NCBI RefSeq assembly: GCF_030028105.1
Contig: NC_092378.1
Location: 21,012,715-21,076,714 of the forward strand
Direction of reading: 5' to 3'
DNA length: 64,000 nucleotides
From: Mobula birostris
Taxonomy: Eukaryota
The notes beneath the pieces are model-generated. The model ran no database searches. It was not told the DNA's origin and saw only the letters and a list, made by a program, of their open reading frames with translations. Position 1 is the stretch's first letter; each line of letters opens with the position of its first letter. Below are positions 36,393-48,399 of this stretch, piece by piece. A program made the position numbers and the translations under genes.

Positions 36393-38523
36393 ACATAGAA
36401 ACATAGAAAATAGGTGCAGGAGTAGACCATTCGGCCCTTCGAGCCTGCACCGCCATTTATTATGATCATGGCTGATCATCCAACTCAGAACCTTGTATCA
36501 GCCTTCCCTCCATACCCCCTGATCCCTTTAGCCGCAAGGGCCATATCTAACTCCCTCTTAAATATAGCTAATGAACTGGCCTCAACTGTTTCCTGTGGCA
36601 GAGAATTCCACAGATTCACCACTCTCTGTGTGAAGAAGTTTTTCCTAATCTCGGTCCTAAGAGGCTTCCCCTTTATCCTCAAACTGTGACCCCTCGTTCT
36701 GGACTTCCCCAACATCGGGAACAATCTTCCTGCATCTAGCCTGTCCAATCCCTTTAGGATTTTATACGTTTCAATCAGATCCCCCCTCAATCTTCTAGAT
36801 TCCAACGAGTATAAGCCTAGTTCATCCAGTCTTTCATCATATGAAAGTCCTGCCATCCCAGGAATCAATCTGGTGAACCTTCTTTGTACTCCCTCTATGG
36901 CAAGGATGTCTTTCCTCAGATTAGGGGACCAAAATTGCACACAATATTCCAGGTGTGGTCTCACCAAGGCCTTGTACAACTGCAGTAGTACCTCCCTGCT
37001 CCTGTACTCGAATCCTCTCGCTATAAATGCCAGCATACCATTCATCTTTTACACCACCTGCTGTACCCGCATGCCCACTTTCAATGTCTGGTGTATAACG
37101 ACACCCAGGTCTCGTTGCACCTCCCCTTTTCCTAATCGGCCACCATTCAGATAATAATCTGTTTTCCTGTTTTTGCCACCAAAGTGGATAACTTCACATT
37201 TACCCACATTAAATTGCATCTGCTATGAATTTGCCCACTCACCTAACCTATCCAAGTCACCCTGCATCCTCTTAGCATCCTCCTCACAGCTAACACTGCT
37301 GCCCAGCTTCGTGTCATCTGTAAACTTGGAGATGCTGCAATTAATTCCCTCATCCAAGTCATTAATATATGTTGTAAACAACTGGGGTCCCAGCACTGAG
37401 CCTTGCGGTACCCCACTAGTCACTGCCTGCCATTCTGAAAAGGTCCCGTTTATTCCCACTCTTTGCTTCCTGTCTGCCAACCAATACCCCCAATACCGTG
37501 TGCTTTAAGTTTGCACACTAATCTCCTGTGTGGGACCTTGTCAAAAGCCTTTTGAAAATCCAAATATACCACATCTACTGGTTCTCCCCTATCCACTCTA
37601 CTAGTTACATCCTCAAAAAATTCTATGAGATTCGTCAGACATGATTTTCCTTTCACAAATCCATGCTGACTTTGTCCGATGATTTCACCGCTTTCCAAAT
37701 GTGCTGTCGTCACATCTTTGATAACTGACTCTAGCAGTTTCCCCACCACTGATGTTAGGCTAACTGGTCTATAATTCCCTGGTTTCTCTCTCCCTCCTTT
37801 TTTAAAAAGTGGGGTTACATTAGCCACCCTCCAATCCTCAGGAACTAGTCCAGAATCTAAAGAGTTTGAAAAATTATAACAATGCATCCACTATTTCTTG
37901 GGCTACTTCCTTAAGCACTCTGGGATGCAGACCATCTGGCCCTGGGGATTTATCCGCCTTTAATCCCTTCAATTTACCTAACACCACTTCCCTACTAACA
38001 TGTATTTCCCTCAGTTCCTCCATCTCACTGGACCCTCTGTCTCCTACTATTTCTGGAAGATTATTTATGTCCTCCTTAGTGAAGACAGAACCAAAGTAAT
38101 TATTCAATTGGTCTGCCATGTCCTTGCTCCTCATAATCAATTCACCTGTTTCTGTCTGTAGGGGACCTACATTTGTCTTAACCAATCTTTTTCTTTTCAC
38201 ATATCTATAAACGCTTTTACAGTCAGTTTTTATGCTCCCTGCCAGTTTTCTCTCATAATCTTTTTTCCCCTTCCTAATTAAGCCCTTTGTCCTCCTCTGC
38301 TGAACTCTGAATTTCTCCCAGTCCTCAGGTGAGCCACTTTTTTTGGCTAATTTGTATGCTTCTTCTTTGGAATTGATACTATCCCTAATTTCCCTTGTCA
38401 GCCACGGGTGCACTACCTTCCTTGATTTATTCTTTTGCCAAACTGGGATGAACAATTGTTGTAGTTCATCCATGCGATCTTTACTGGGATGAACAATTGT
38501 TGTAGTTCATCCATGCGATCTTT
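36393..38523 (-). mobile_element. Young 5'-truncated CR1 LINE, same subfamily as 23612-24730
   Basis: Nearly continuous ORF2 in four pieces. The 3' 1.1 kb is almost identical to the 23612 copy. A tandem duplication of about 41 bp sits at the 5' junction. Confidence 0.96.
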
Positions 38524-38658
38524 TCTTGGCTGTTTTTCACCCTACTGTAGAGTTTATTTTGTCATTGTTAGTTGAGAAGAGTATGAGTGCTGAGAGGGGA
38601 ACAGTAGTGAAAAGAGATAGAGAAAGGAAGGATCTGATCAAAACACTTAAATTCTCAC

Positions 38659-38734
38659 CTGTCCATGTGTTGTTTACTTATGTTGTGGAGATTCACTATG
38701 GCATCTATTCTCAGATTGTGGGGAAAGATATCCC
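38659..38734 (-). pseudogene. Candidate pseudo-exon
   Basis: ttaccacatag|...cag|gtgaga, with open frame DIFPHNLRIDAIVNLHNISKQHMD. A coding-like stretch (TRCPECTEMYKGPYHLYPYKEQ) lies just upstream at about 38800-38870. Confidence 0.5.
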
Positions 38735-40778
38735 CTATGTGGTAAATGTAAATTGTAAATTTAAGAACAAGAACAAGAATAAAATTATACAGAAAAAACT
38801 TCTGCTCTTTGTAAGGGTAAAGGTGATAAGGACCTTTGTACATTTCTGTGCATTCTGGGCACCGTGTCACTTATTACAGAAAAGTGGAGACAGACGAACA
38901 AAGTTGGCATTTCAAGTTACTGACTTTTCAATAGAATAGTTGTAAACGTTGTGTGCATGGTAATAGTTCAGTGCAGATTAACTTTCTGGTTAGGGCAATA
39001 ATCAGTTCTGATGAAGGGCTATTGATCTGAAATACTATTGCTTCTTCACTCTCCTCAGATACTGCCTCGTTTGCTGACTACTTCCAGCACTTTTATGCTG
39101 TTTATCAATAGGACATGATACCATCACGATACATGGAGTTGTCTTGAAACTTTCAATACCTCCTGGTGACTGGATTATAAAATGGAGCTGGATGAAAGCT
39201 TTGATCTGGAGATAGTTATGAATCTAATTTCAACTGGGGCGTATATGCTAAAACTATTGTCAGTGACACTGACTCTGGCATATTTTCTGCAGCCAGACCA
39301 ATTTCCCTTTTTTTGAAGACCTGTTAAGATCTTTCCTAGCTGCTGGCAAACTCCAACCCTACTATTCTAATTCCCATTTTTCTCAACTTTTCTCCATTTT
39401 AATTTGATTCCTTATATTTGAGTCTCCCCCAGGCAACGACCTGAAACTGCATCTCTCAACTGGCGGTACCATCACTGATGACATTCACTCTCTTCAGCTC
39501 TACGCACTATCGACCCCATTCCCTTCATCCCTTTGTCGTCTTCTACTTCTCTACCACTTAAAACTTATGACGACTAACTTTTCTCAGTTCTGATATAACG
39601 GTTGTCAGTGAAATGTTAACTCCTCACTGATACTGCCTGACCACCTGAGTATTAGCACCATTTTCTCTTGTTCTGATAGTCTGTGGACTCTGATTTTTCT
39701 TTTTGTTTAGTTTGAGTTGAAAAAAGAGAAACAAAGTGGGTTGCCACCTGTGTCATGCAGCAGGCAGTTTCTGGGATTACTAGCTAAAAGCTCTTTGAAG
39801 TCTTCAATCTGGCCTCATATTATCAATTGCTGAGATAATTTCAGGAAAGAAGCAGAGTCAAACCTTAACTGCGATTCACTGAGCTTTACTGCAGTCATCT
39901 CCAATTCAAAACATTCCACTAGATAACTCAATAATAACCATAACTACACACTTGAGCAGAAGCACTGTGTGCCATGGTAATGTAGTGGTTAGCACAATGC
40001 TATTAGAGCTCAGGGTATTCTGAAGTTGGGAGTTCAAGCCCAGGGCTGACTGTGAGGATTTGAGGTGACACGGCAGCAGAAATGTCTGTACGGGACAGGT
40101 AACCCGTATTCAATTCCTGCTGCTGCCTGGAAGAGTTCGTACATTCTCCCCGTGAATGCAAGGATTTCCTCCAGGTGCTCTGGTTTCCTCCCAAATCCTA
40201 AAGATGTACTAGTGGGTAGGTTATTGGTCATTGTAAATTATCCTATGATTAGACTAGAATTAAATTAAGGTCGGCATGGTTTGAAGGGCTGGAAGACCTA
40301 TTCCATGCAGTATCCCAATAAATAAATAAACCTCAATACTACTTTTCTGAAATAAAATTATACTTCTATTATTTAATATCCAATTTATTGACCTCTGATA
40401 TACATGTTGAAGAAACAATATTCATAAATTTTGATTTAAATTGAAGATTTCTTATTTTTATTAAAATAATATGAGGGCTATATGAGTTATTATTTTCCCT
40501 CTTATCTTTTCTATAAACAACCAAGTCTTCATTTGAAAGATCTTTCTCTATGTCAGTCTCATTTTGACTCAGGAACAAAAGGCTGTATTTTTGTTAGACT
40601 ACTACAGTTTATTTTTAAACTAATAAACCATGAAATTTGTCTACTGATTTGAAATTAATTCAAAATTCACGCATGAATCAAAAATGGTTAGCTCCAGTGC
40701 AGTTGGCTGGCGTGGCTGCACATGCTGTTGCATAGTGCAAGAAAGGACAGTAGGACTATGACATCATGCCTGATGCTT

Positions 40779-42861
40779 CGCAACATACACAAAATGCTGG
40801 AGGAACTCAGCAGGCCAGGCAGCATCTGCTGAAAAGAATTCAGTCGACATTTGTTGGCCACGACCCTTCAGGTTTCAGGCCTGCTGAGTTTCTCCAGCAT
40901 TTCGTGTTGAAGAGTCTCAGCCCAAAACGTCGACTATACTCTTTTCTATAGATGCTGCCCGAGTTCCTCCAGCATTTTGTGTGTTGAAGGATCTTAGCCT
41001 GAAATGCCAACTGTACTCTTTTCCATAGATGCTGCCTATTAAGACCATAAAACAATAAAAAAAGGAGCAGAATTAGACCATTTGGCCCATCGAGTATGCT
41101 CTGCCATTCAACATGATTGAATCTTTTTGTCCTTTCCTCAGCCCAACTCCCTGTCCCTCCCGTAACCTTTGACGGTGTGTCCAATCAAGAACCTATCAAT
41201 CTCTGCCTTAAATACACCCAACAAACTGTCCTCCACAGCTGCCAAGATTTACCACCCTCTGGTTAAAGAAATTTCTCTGCATCTCTATTTTAAATGGGTG
41301 CCCCTCTATCCTGAGGCTGTGCCCTGTTGTCCCAAGACTGCCCCACCATGGGAAACATTCTTTCCACATCTACTCTGTCTGGGTCTTCCAACATTTGAAA
41401 GGTTTCAAAAGGATCCCCCCTCATCCTTCTAAATTCCAGCAAGTACGGACCCAGAGCCATCAAACGTTTCTTGTATGATAACCCTTTCATTTCTGGAATC
41501 CTTGTGAACCTTCTCTGGACCCTCTCCAATTCCAGCACATCTTTTCTTAGATGAGGAGTCCAAAAACTATTCACAATACTCAAGGTGAGACTTCACCAGC
41601 GCCTTATAAATCCTCAGCATCACATCTCTCCTCTTGTATTCTGGACCTCTTGAAATGAATGCTAACATTGCAATTGCCTTCCTCACCACTGACTCAACCT
41701 GCAAGTTAACCTTCAGCGTGTTCTGCACAAAGACTCCCAAATCCTTTTGCATCTCAGATTTTTGGATTTTCTCCCTTTTTAGAAAATAGTCTGCACATTT
41801 ATTTCTACTACCAAAGTTCATTGTCATGCATTTTCCAACATTATATTTCATTTCCCATCTTTCTTGCCCATTCTCCTAATCTGTTTAAGTCCTTCTGCAG
41901 CCTTCCTGTTTCCTCAATACTACCTGCCACTCCACCAATCTTTGTATCATTTGCAAACTTGGCAATGAAGCCATCTATTCCATCAACTAAGTCATCGATG
42001 TACAGTATAAAAAGCAGTCCCATCATCAACTTCTGCAGAACACCTCTAAGTCAATGAAAGCCAACTGGAAAAGGATCCTTTTATTCCCAATCAGCCGATG
42101 CTCTAACTATGCCAGTAACTTTCATGTAATACCATGGGCTCTTAACTTGGTAAGCAGCCTCATGTGTGGCACTTTGTCAAAGGCCTTCTGATAGTCTAAA
42201 TATACAACATCCATACATCCCCTTTATCCATCCTCTTTTTAATATCCTCAAAGAATTCCAACAGGTTTGTCAGGCAAGATTTTTCCTTAAGAAAATGATG
42301 CTGATGTTGTCCCATTTTGTCCTGTGTCACCAAGTTCTCATCCTTAACAATTGACTCCCAACCACTAAAGTCAGGCTAACTGGTCTATAATTTCTTTTCT
42401 GCTGCCTTCCTCCTTTCTTAAAGAGTGGAATGATGTTTGTAATTTTCCAATCCTCTGGCACCATGCCAGAGACCAATGATTTTTGAAAGATCATTACTAA
42501 TGCCCCCACTATCTCTACTGTTATTCTTTCAGAACCCTAGGATGGAGTTCATCTGGTCTGTGTGACTTATATACCCTTAGATCTTTCAGCTTTTTTGAGC
42601 ACCTTCTGCCTTGTAATAGTAAATTCACTCACTTCAATTCCTTCATACCCTTCAACATCTGGCACACTGCTACTGTCTTCTGCAGTGAAGACTGATGCTT
42701 GGAGTTCCTCCGGCATTATGTGTGCTGAAGGGTCTCGGCCTGAAGCGTCGACTGTACTCTTTTCCATAGATGCTGCCTGGCCTGCTGAGTTCTACCAGCA
42801 TTTTGTGTATGTTGCTTGGATTTCCAGCATCTGCAGATTTTCTCTTCTTTGTGATTGGACT
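40779..42861. mobile_element. Penelope-derived inverted and tandem terminal-repeat array with a nested CR1 (-, about 41038-42698)
   Basis: One inverted unit, then repeated units of about 80 bp (gtg.tgaag.gtctc.gcc..aa..gtcgactgtactcttttccatagatgctgcc) on both sides of the CR1. cctgatgctt occurs at 40769-40778 and 42862-42871. Confidence 0.8.
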
Positions 42862-42869
42862 CCTGATGC

Positions 42870-43460
42870 TTTGCCAGTTTGAAAACAGAGCTTTTAAACT
42901 GCAGTGCCCTAACAATACTCCTGGATGGTTTCCTGACATAATGGGGAAAGGGGACCTCTGCCGTGTAATGATTGAGATCTCTTATTGAAAAATTAGGGTG
43001 CCTGCTCTCATCTATGACTGGCAATGGTGTCAAACAAGGCCAAAGATTAGTTAAATGACAAGCACCAAGGCTTACAGCTGTAACCATCTCTCCTTTTAGA
43101 TTTCAACCATCTCCTCCTTCTTGAGTCCTTGAGGCCTCTCATCTCCATTGTCCTCTGTTCTGAGCCATTTTCTCAAGGGTGGATCAACAACACCCCCCTC
43201 ATCTAATTTCAGCCCTGATGTCTCTCCTCCATGTGTCCTTTGAATGTTTCTTTTACCTCTTTCTTTGGGAATCCATATTAATGCCTGCCTGGTGATGTTG
43301 TTTGGCTTCCTCAAGATGTGGTCAATCCACCTCCATTTCCATTCATATATTTACATCTCAATGGATTCCTGGTCGGTGATTTCTCACAGTGCCTTGTTGG
43401 TTACTTTGTAAGTGTATCTGTTGATTAGAATCCTTCTCAGGCACTGGCTCACAAAAAAGT
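42870..43460. mobile_element. Old RTE LINE fragments (+ then -)
   Basis: MTGNGVKQGQ on the plus strand. W+W+DH+LRKPNNITRQALIWIP on the minus strand. Confidence 0.65.
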
Positions 43461-43640
43461 TGTCAGTTGTACAGGATCCTGATGACTTTCCTTGCACTGC
43501 ATCATATGCTTACTTGATCATGAGCATCTTCTCACAAAGTCAATGGAACAGTTGGTGTTCAATGTTTCTATAATCCGTTGTATCCACTGTACAGTGATTG
43601 GCTTATACAGCTTCACCAGATCCCTATTGGCCAGCCTTAC

Positions 43641-44648
43641 CTGTTTCCACCACTCATGATTGGGATGTAGGGTTCGATTTTGAGAGGTCATAGCCTTAAT
43701 CAGTGTGAGCTATTTTCAGTCATTGTAGTCATTCCTGAGGTTTGTCCATCCCATATATATGCTAAGAGCAGTGGCTATGTTGTTAGTGCTCACCTACCAT
43801 TGAAATCAAACTCAGTATATTAGAGTGTGAATTTGTCAAGTAGACAGACATTTGATCATACATTGTGATGAACTTCTATTTCAGCTCTTCCCTCCTGCAC
43901 TTACTGTTGTAGGCTAAAGTTATTCCAACCCTTGACTGTTCTTAAGAGCAGTGAGCCCTACGTTGGTGGAATTTCAGTAACGTGACACTATGATACTCCA
44001 TCTCATACATTCGGAGAACCCAGGCCAATTAAACCTAGGCCAATTAATACAAAGTTTTGTTGATTGCAATTTTGTTAGCTATCAATATGTGGTGTGACCA
44101 ATATACACTCTAAAAAGGGATTTTTTTGTGAATACTAATTATACATAGTTGTATGAGGTAGTTGAATATACAGCCAAGTTAAGAAGACTGATTAAAGTAA
44201 AAGCCTTTGACTGCAGTTTTGTAATTCATTATAGATCTATACACTTATTATAGCTAAGCACAGAATGGGAAAGTACAAAATTCTTAATACTTCTCTTAGG
44301 ATTGCTGTACTTACCCCATTAAATCCTAGGTACTTTGCCTTGGGGATACCTTATAGACAGTATATTATTAAGCTGCCCAAAGCCAGCCATCTCAAGAGAG
44401 CTGGAAGATACTTGGTTGACAGCTGATGATTTTTGCTGTGGCAGTGCTTAAGTGATCTGCAAGGCCAAAAAAACAATCCAATTCCTTCTTGATATCTTTA
44501 TAGAAGTATTTGAATAGGACAGAAAACATTTACTTTCCAGTGTCTGCTTCACTTCATTGGACAAGAGTACTTACAAAGACATGATAATATTGGACTCTCT
44601 TAGAACACAATACAACCTTAGTTGGAAAATATGACCTTCTAAAGCAGA
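43641..44648 (-). pseudogene. Four clustered candidate pseudo-exons (44575-44648, 44315-44456, 43905-44034, 43641-43761)
   Basis: Donors gtaagt, gtaagt, gtaagt and gtaagg. Acceptors ttttgcag, ccttgcag, ggcctag and ctcttag. Introns are 118-280 bp. Best frames include SALEGHIFQLRLYCVLRESNIIMS, KYLPALLRWLALGSLIIYCL*GIP and IYMGWTNLRNDYND*K*LTLIKAMTSQNRTLHPNHEWWKQ. Confidence 0.65.
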
Positions 44649-46425
44649 CTGCAAAAGCAGAATGATTTGTAATTCAAAATGGAATCGACAGGCCAGATAC
44701 ACTGAGGATTAGAGCTCAATATATGAAAACATCTAAAGGCTCTGACAGTAAAAGCAGGCTGTGATTACTGAAACAATCAATTATACAATGCACTTGCTCC
44801 TTGTATCACATACTTTACTTTAATTAAGCAATAATGAACAAGAAGGTCTAAATTAATTGCTAATTAATGCAAGCAATTTTACTACGGGCTAGAATTAGTT
44901 TGGGCACAAGGTGAGACCAGGTGGTCAAACAAATCCCATTGTGCATTCAACAGCACACTTTATTTGATATTGCTAATTATGGTGTGACAAACCACAGAAT
45001 TCATGGTAACTGTGCAAAGTTATCCTTTGATTGAGATGAGGCAGCAATGAAGCTCACTGGAATAGATCTAAAAATTAATTTATTTTGTTTGTTTTGCTTA
45101 AAATTCTATGAAGTGTGCAATCTAGCATCAATAACATTAGGTAAGTACAAAGGCACTCTGTTATCAATGTAGTTTTCCACTTATGCTCATACACTCAGTA
45201 ATATATGAGAAAGAAATAAAGTATGATTAATATAATAGTAACAATTCTGTAGAAATATATTTAGCCTTTAGCTTTCTGCTTCCCTCCTGATTGCACATTA
45301 GTAATAGTTACCTTTTATTTTTACTGCATTACACAATGTGTCCACATGACTGAATTAGTTTTAGAGAATTGTCAGTTATCTCTCATTCAATTCTCCCATG
45401 AGGACAGTTGTTTTGACAAAATCTAGCTCATGAATTTCTCATCACAGTGATCAAACTCGTTTCTGGCAATTGTGTTCACATTTTTAGATATATTGTGCCA
45501 GAGCAAAGTAGTGATAATGTGATTTAAAGGAAAAGCCACTAGTATTAAAACTTGCCACCTAACTATATAAATTCATATATTAGAAATGTATAGAATTATT
45601 ATCTACAGCATTGTGTAACATATACAGTTAAATCTCTGTTAAATACCTTCTGAGTAAAAGTCAATTTCAACTATAAATTAATGATTCAGACTTGAACTCA
45701 TATTAGCAGATCACCTGTCTACAAAGACTACCTGAAGACAGTCCCAGAGGTAGTCATTATAGACAGATTTCTCTGCATAAGTGTTCAGAATTATGAGGTC
45801 AGGTGCATTTTAGATAATGCAAATCCACCTTTGTATTATTTCATTCTTGAACTTGCTGTCAACTTGATGTTATAATGTCTTTGCATTTTCTATGATTTGA
45901 TAATGTTTAACATTGCACAATATCCCATATTAATATCTGTATTACTGACACCTTCCAAGATAGATTGTAATTATGATGAGCGTATTAGAATATTTTTCGT
46001 ATATTTGTGAGAGCTTTATTTATACTTTTTGTAATGTGACTAATTACAAATAAAGCAACAAAATAATTGAACCAATTTTAATAAATGCTACCATTAGACA
46101 GTCAAATTTTTGTTATTTCAGTGCTATTAAATCGTTTCTCTTGATCAATCTGATTGTTCATGTTTAACCTACAAAACTAACCATAACAGTTGAAGAAGTA
46201 CTTGTTGCAGGAAATTTTTATTCAAAGAAATCTATTCCCTACAGCCAGAGGCCATACAATTTTTCAATGGTGTTACTGTTGTTAACTACAGAGATGGAAG
46301 ACATGGAACGCAGGGAAGTAGAAAATGAAAATAATTCCCTGATCTATATAAGGTTTCTTGAAGCCTACAACATTACCACAAGACACAGACATATCACCTA
46401 ATGTCAACAGAACTTGAATTCATAC

Positions 46426-46945
46426 CTCAGTTGAAGCATTGTACAAAGACACTTAACATAATAAAGGCTTGCCTAGCTGTACGGAGCTAAAAGCAAGAGT
46501 TTGGGAATTTTTCAGAGGCAAAGGGAGTTTCAAGAATCTGTGAATAAAGGATATATACTACTTTTAATATGAATTAGCTGACTACATATTTCATGAATCC
46601 ACTAGTGTATTGAGTCAAACAGGGCAATAAGGAATCTAATTCTTGTTTTTATTTCTATACAATGACAAGAAAATATTGAATTAGTAACTTTGGATTTTGG
46701 GATTCATCATCAACGTTCTTCCTGGAAGACATTGATGGGAGGAGGGAACAAGCCTGGTATAATCAGAGAATCTAGGAAGAGCTGGAGTCCAAAAAGGAGC
46801 ATTAGATTGGAAGACACTAGTGTTTGCATGGGGTAAACATATGGAATTATGGATTGTGTAGTTGTTTGGATGCTTGGAGAGTATTTTCATACCTGGATGA
46901 GCAGCAGTGTACCATAAAAAGCAAATGGTTATAGTATGGTCTTTT
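46426..46945 (-). pseudogene. Three candidate pseudo-exons (46893-46945, 46689-46781, 46426-46537)
   Basis: Acceptors ttgtttag, tttttggactccag and tttattcacag. Donors cag|gtatga, aaa|gttact (weak) and gag|gtatga. The first two splice to an open frame ...FLWYTAAHP/ALPRFSDYTRLVPSSHQC. Other frames are also possible. Confidence 0.55.
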
Positions 46946-47239
46946 CTAAACAATGGATATATCCAGACATTGTTCCAATTTAAAAACACAATAGCTAATG
47001 GCAAATTTTATGCCATGAGCAGAAGTTAAATCTATGCCAATAGATTGTTTAATGCTGAACAATCTATAGTAATTTCCCCATGTAACTTTGCCAACTAATT
47101 AGGATTTTTAAATAAATGTGGCAATTTATATAAATCAGAATTGATTGATTGATTAGTTGTATCTGAAGATGGCAGTTAGATTTGCGCAGTCCTTCAGATA
47201 ATGTGAACTACACAAAGAAACCTGTGTGTTAGTTTTTCA

Positions 47240-48290
47240 AGGGAAAAAGCTGTTGCACTGGGGCAGTTTCACTCCTGCAACCCTAGAAGTCCACATCCAG
47301 TGGTACAAATAGTTGTCACAACTGGAGTCTCCCTTGGTGGCATAAGAATGAATATGACTTCTGTGCTTTGTCATGTCCTTCGCTCACCATAAAGCATTAC
47401 AGAACTACCTTCCTGGCCATTGGATCTCACTGTTGACCTCACCCACCCAGTCTGTTGGGGCTGACTTCGCGTGCCAGGATAGGCATGTTCCTATGTCAGC
47501 AGAATGTGAGGCCCACTAGCTACCCTTACCTGGTTTAGCCTGGTTTTTAGACGTTTGCAAAGATTTGGCATGTCATCTGAAACATCTACAGTTGTGCAGT
47601 TGCAATATTGACCGGTTGCAAAACGGCCTGGTTTGGAATCACCAATACCTTTGAATGGAAAAGCCTATAAAAAGTAACGGATACTACTCAGTTCATCACA
47701 GGTAAAACCCTCCTCACCACTGAACACATGTACAGGAGCGCCATTGAAAGAAAGCAGCGTCCACCATCAAGGGTCCCCACCATCCAAGCCATGCTCTCCT
47801 CTCACTGCTGCCATCTGGAAGGAGGAACAGGAGCCTCAGGTCCCACACCACCATATTCAGGAACAGCCATTACTCCTCAACCATCAAGGCCTTGAACCAC
47901 AGGGGACAACTTCGCTCACCCCAACACTGGACTGTACAGCTCATGTTCTCAATATTTATTTATGTTTTTGTGCTTTTTCTTTCTTTTTGTAGTTGCACAA
48001 TTTATTGTCTTTTCCACATGGTTTATCTTTGTTGTCTGTGGTTTTTCATTGATTCTATTGTGTTTCTTTGCATTGTATTGTGAATGCCCGTAAGAAAATG
48101 AGTCTCAGGGCGGTATGTGGTGACGTATACAGTATGTACTTTCATAATAAACTTACTTTGTACTTTGTGCCTGCAAAGCGATTCACTGGTGTGTGGCTGT
48201 TTACACAGGCAAACAGCTACTTGGAATCACAGATGAGAACAGAGTGGTGCGAAGCAAAGATGAGTGAACTGACCCAGAGTGCTTGGACAC
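47240..48290. mobile_element. RTE-like element (-) interrupted by a Rex1/Babar 3' fragment (+, about 47550-48165)
   Basis: HHPSHALLSLLPSGRRNRSLRSHTTIFRNSHYSSTIKALN, followed by an actttgt tail. Flanking family assignment is tentative. Confidence 0.65.
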
Positions 48291-48399
48291 CCCATACATC
48301 CCATCCCATAAGTTATTTCACCCACTAATAAATAAGAATTATTTGTTATTAAACTGCAAGCCATTATTAACAATTGCTACATTACAAAGATAGTAAATG

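Noticed and set aside
38526-38939. 137-aa plus-strand ORF
   Set aside because: No ATG start or recognisable motif, and it is antisense to candidate minus-strand exons.
40780-41040. CRISPR-like array
   Set aside because: The context is eukaryotic. The units are degenerate Penelope terminal repeats without unique spacers, and there are no cas genes.
43641-46945. Phase consistency across seven exons as proof of one reading frame
   Set aside because: Any concatenation yields some frame. The single continuous frame I tried has about 13 stops in about 240 codons, near random, so the true frame probably shifts.
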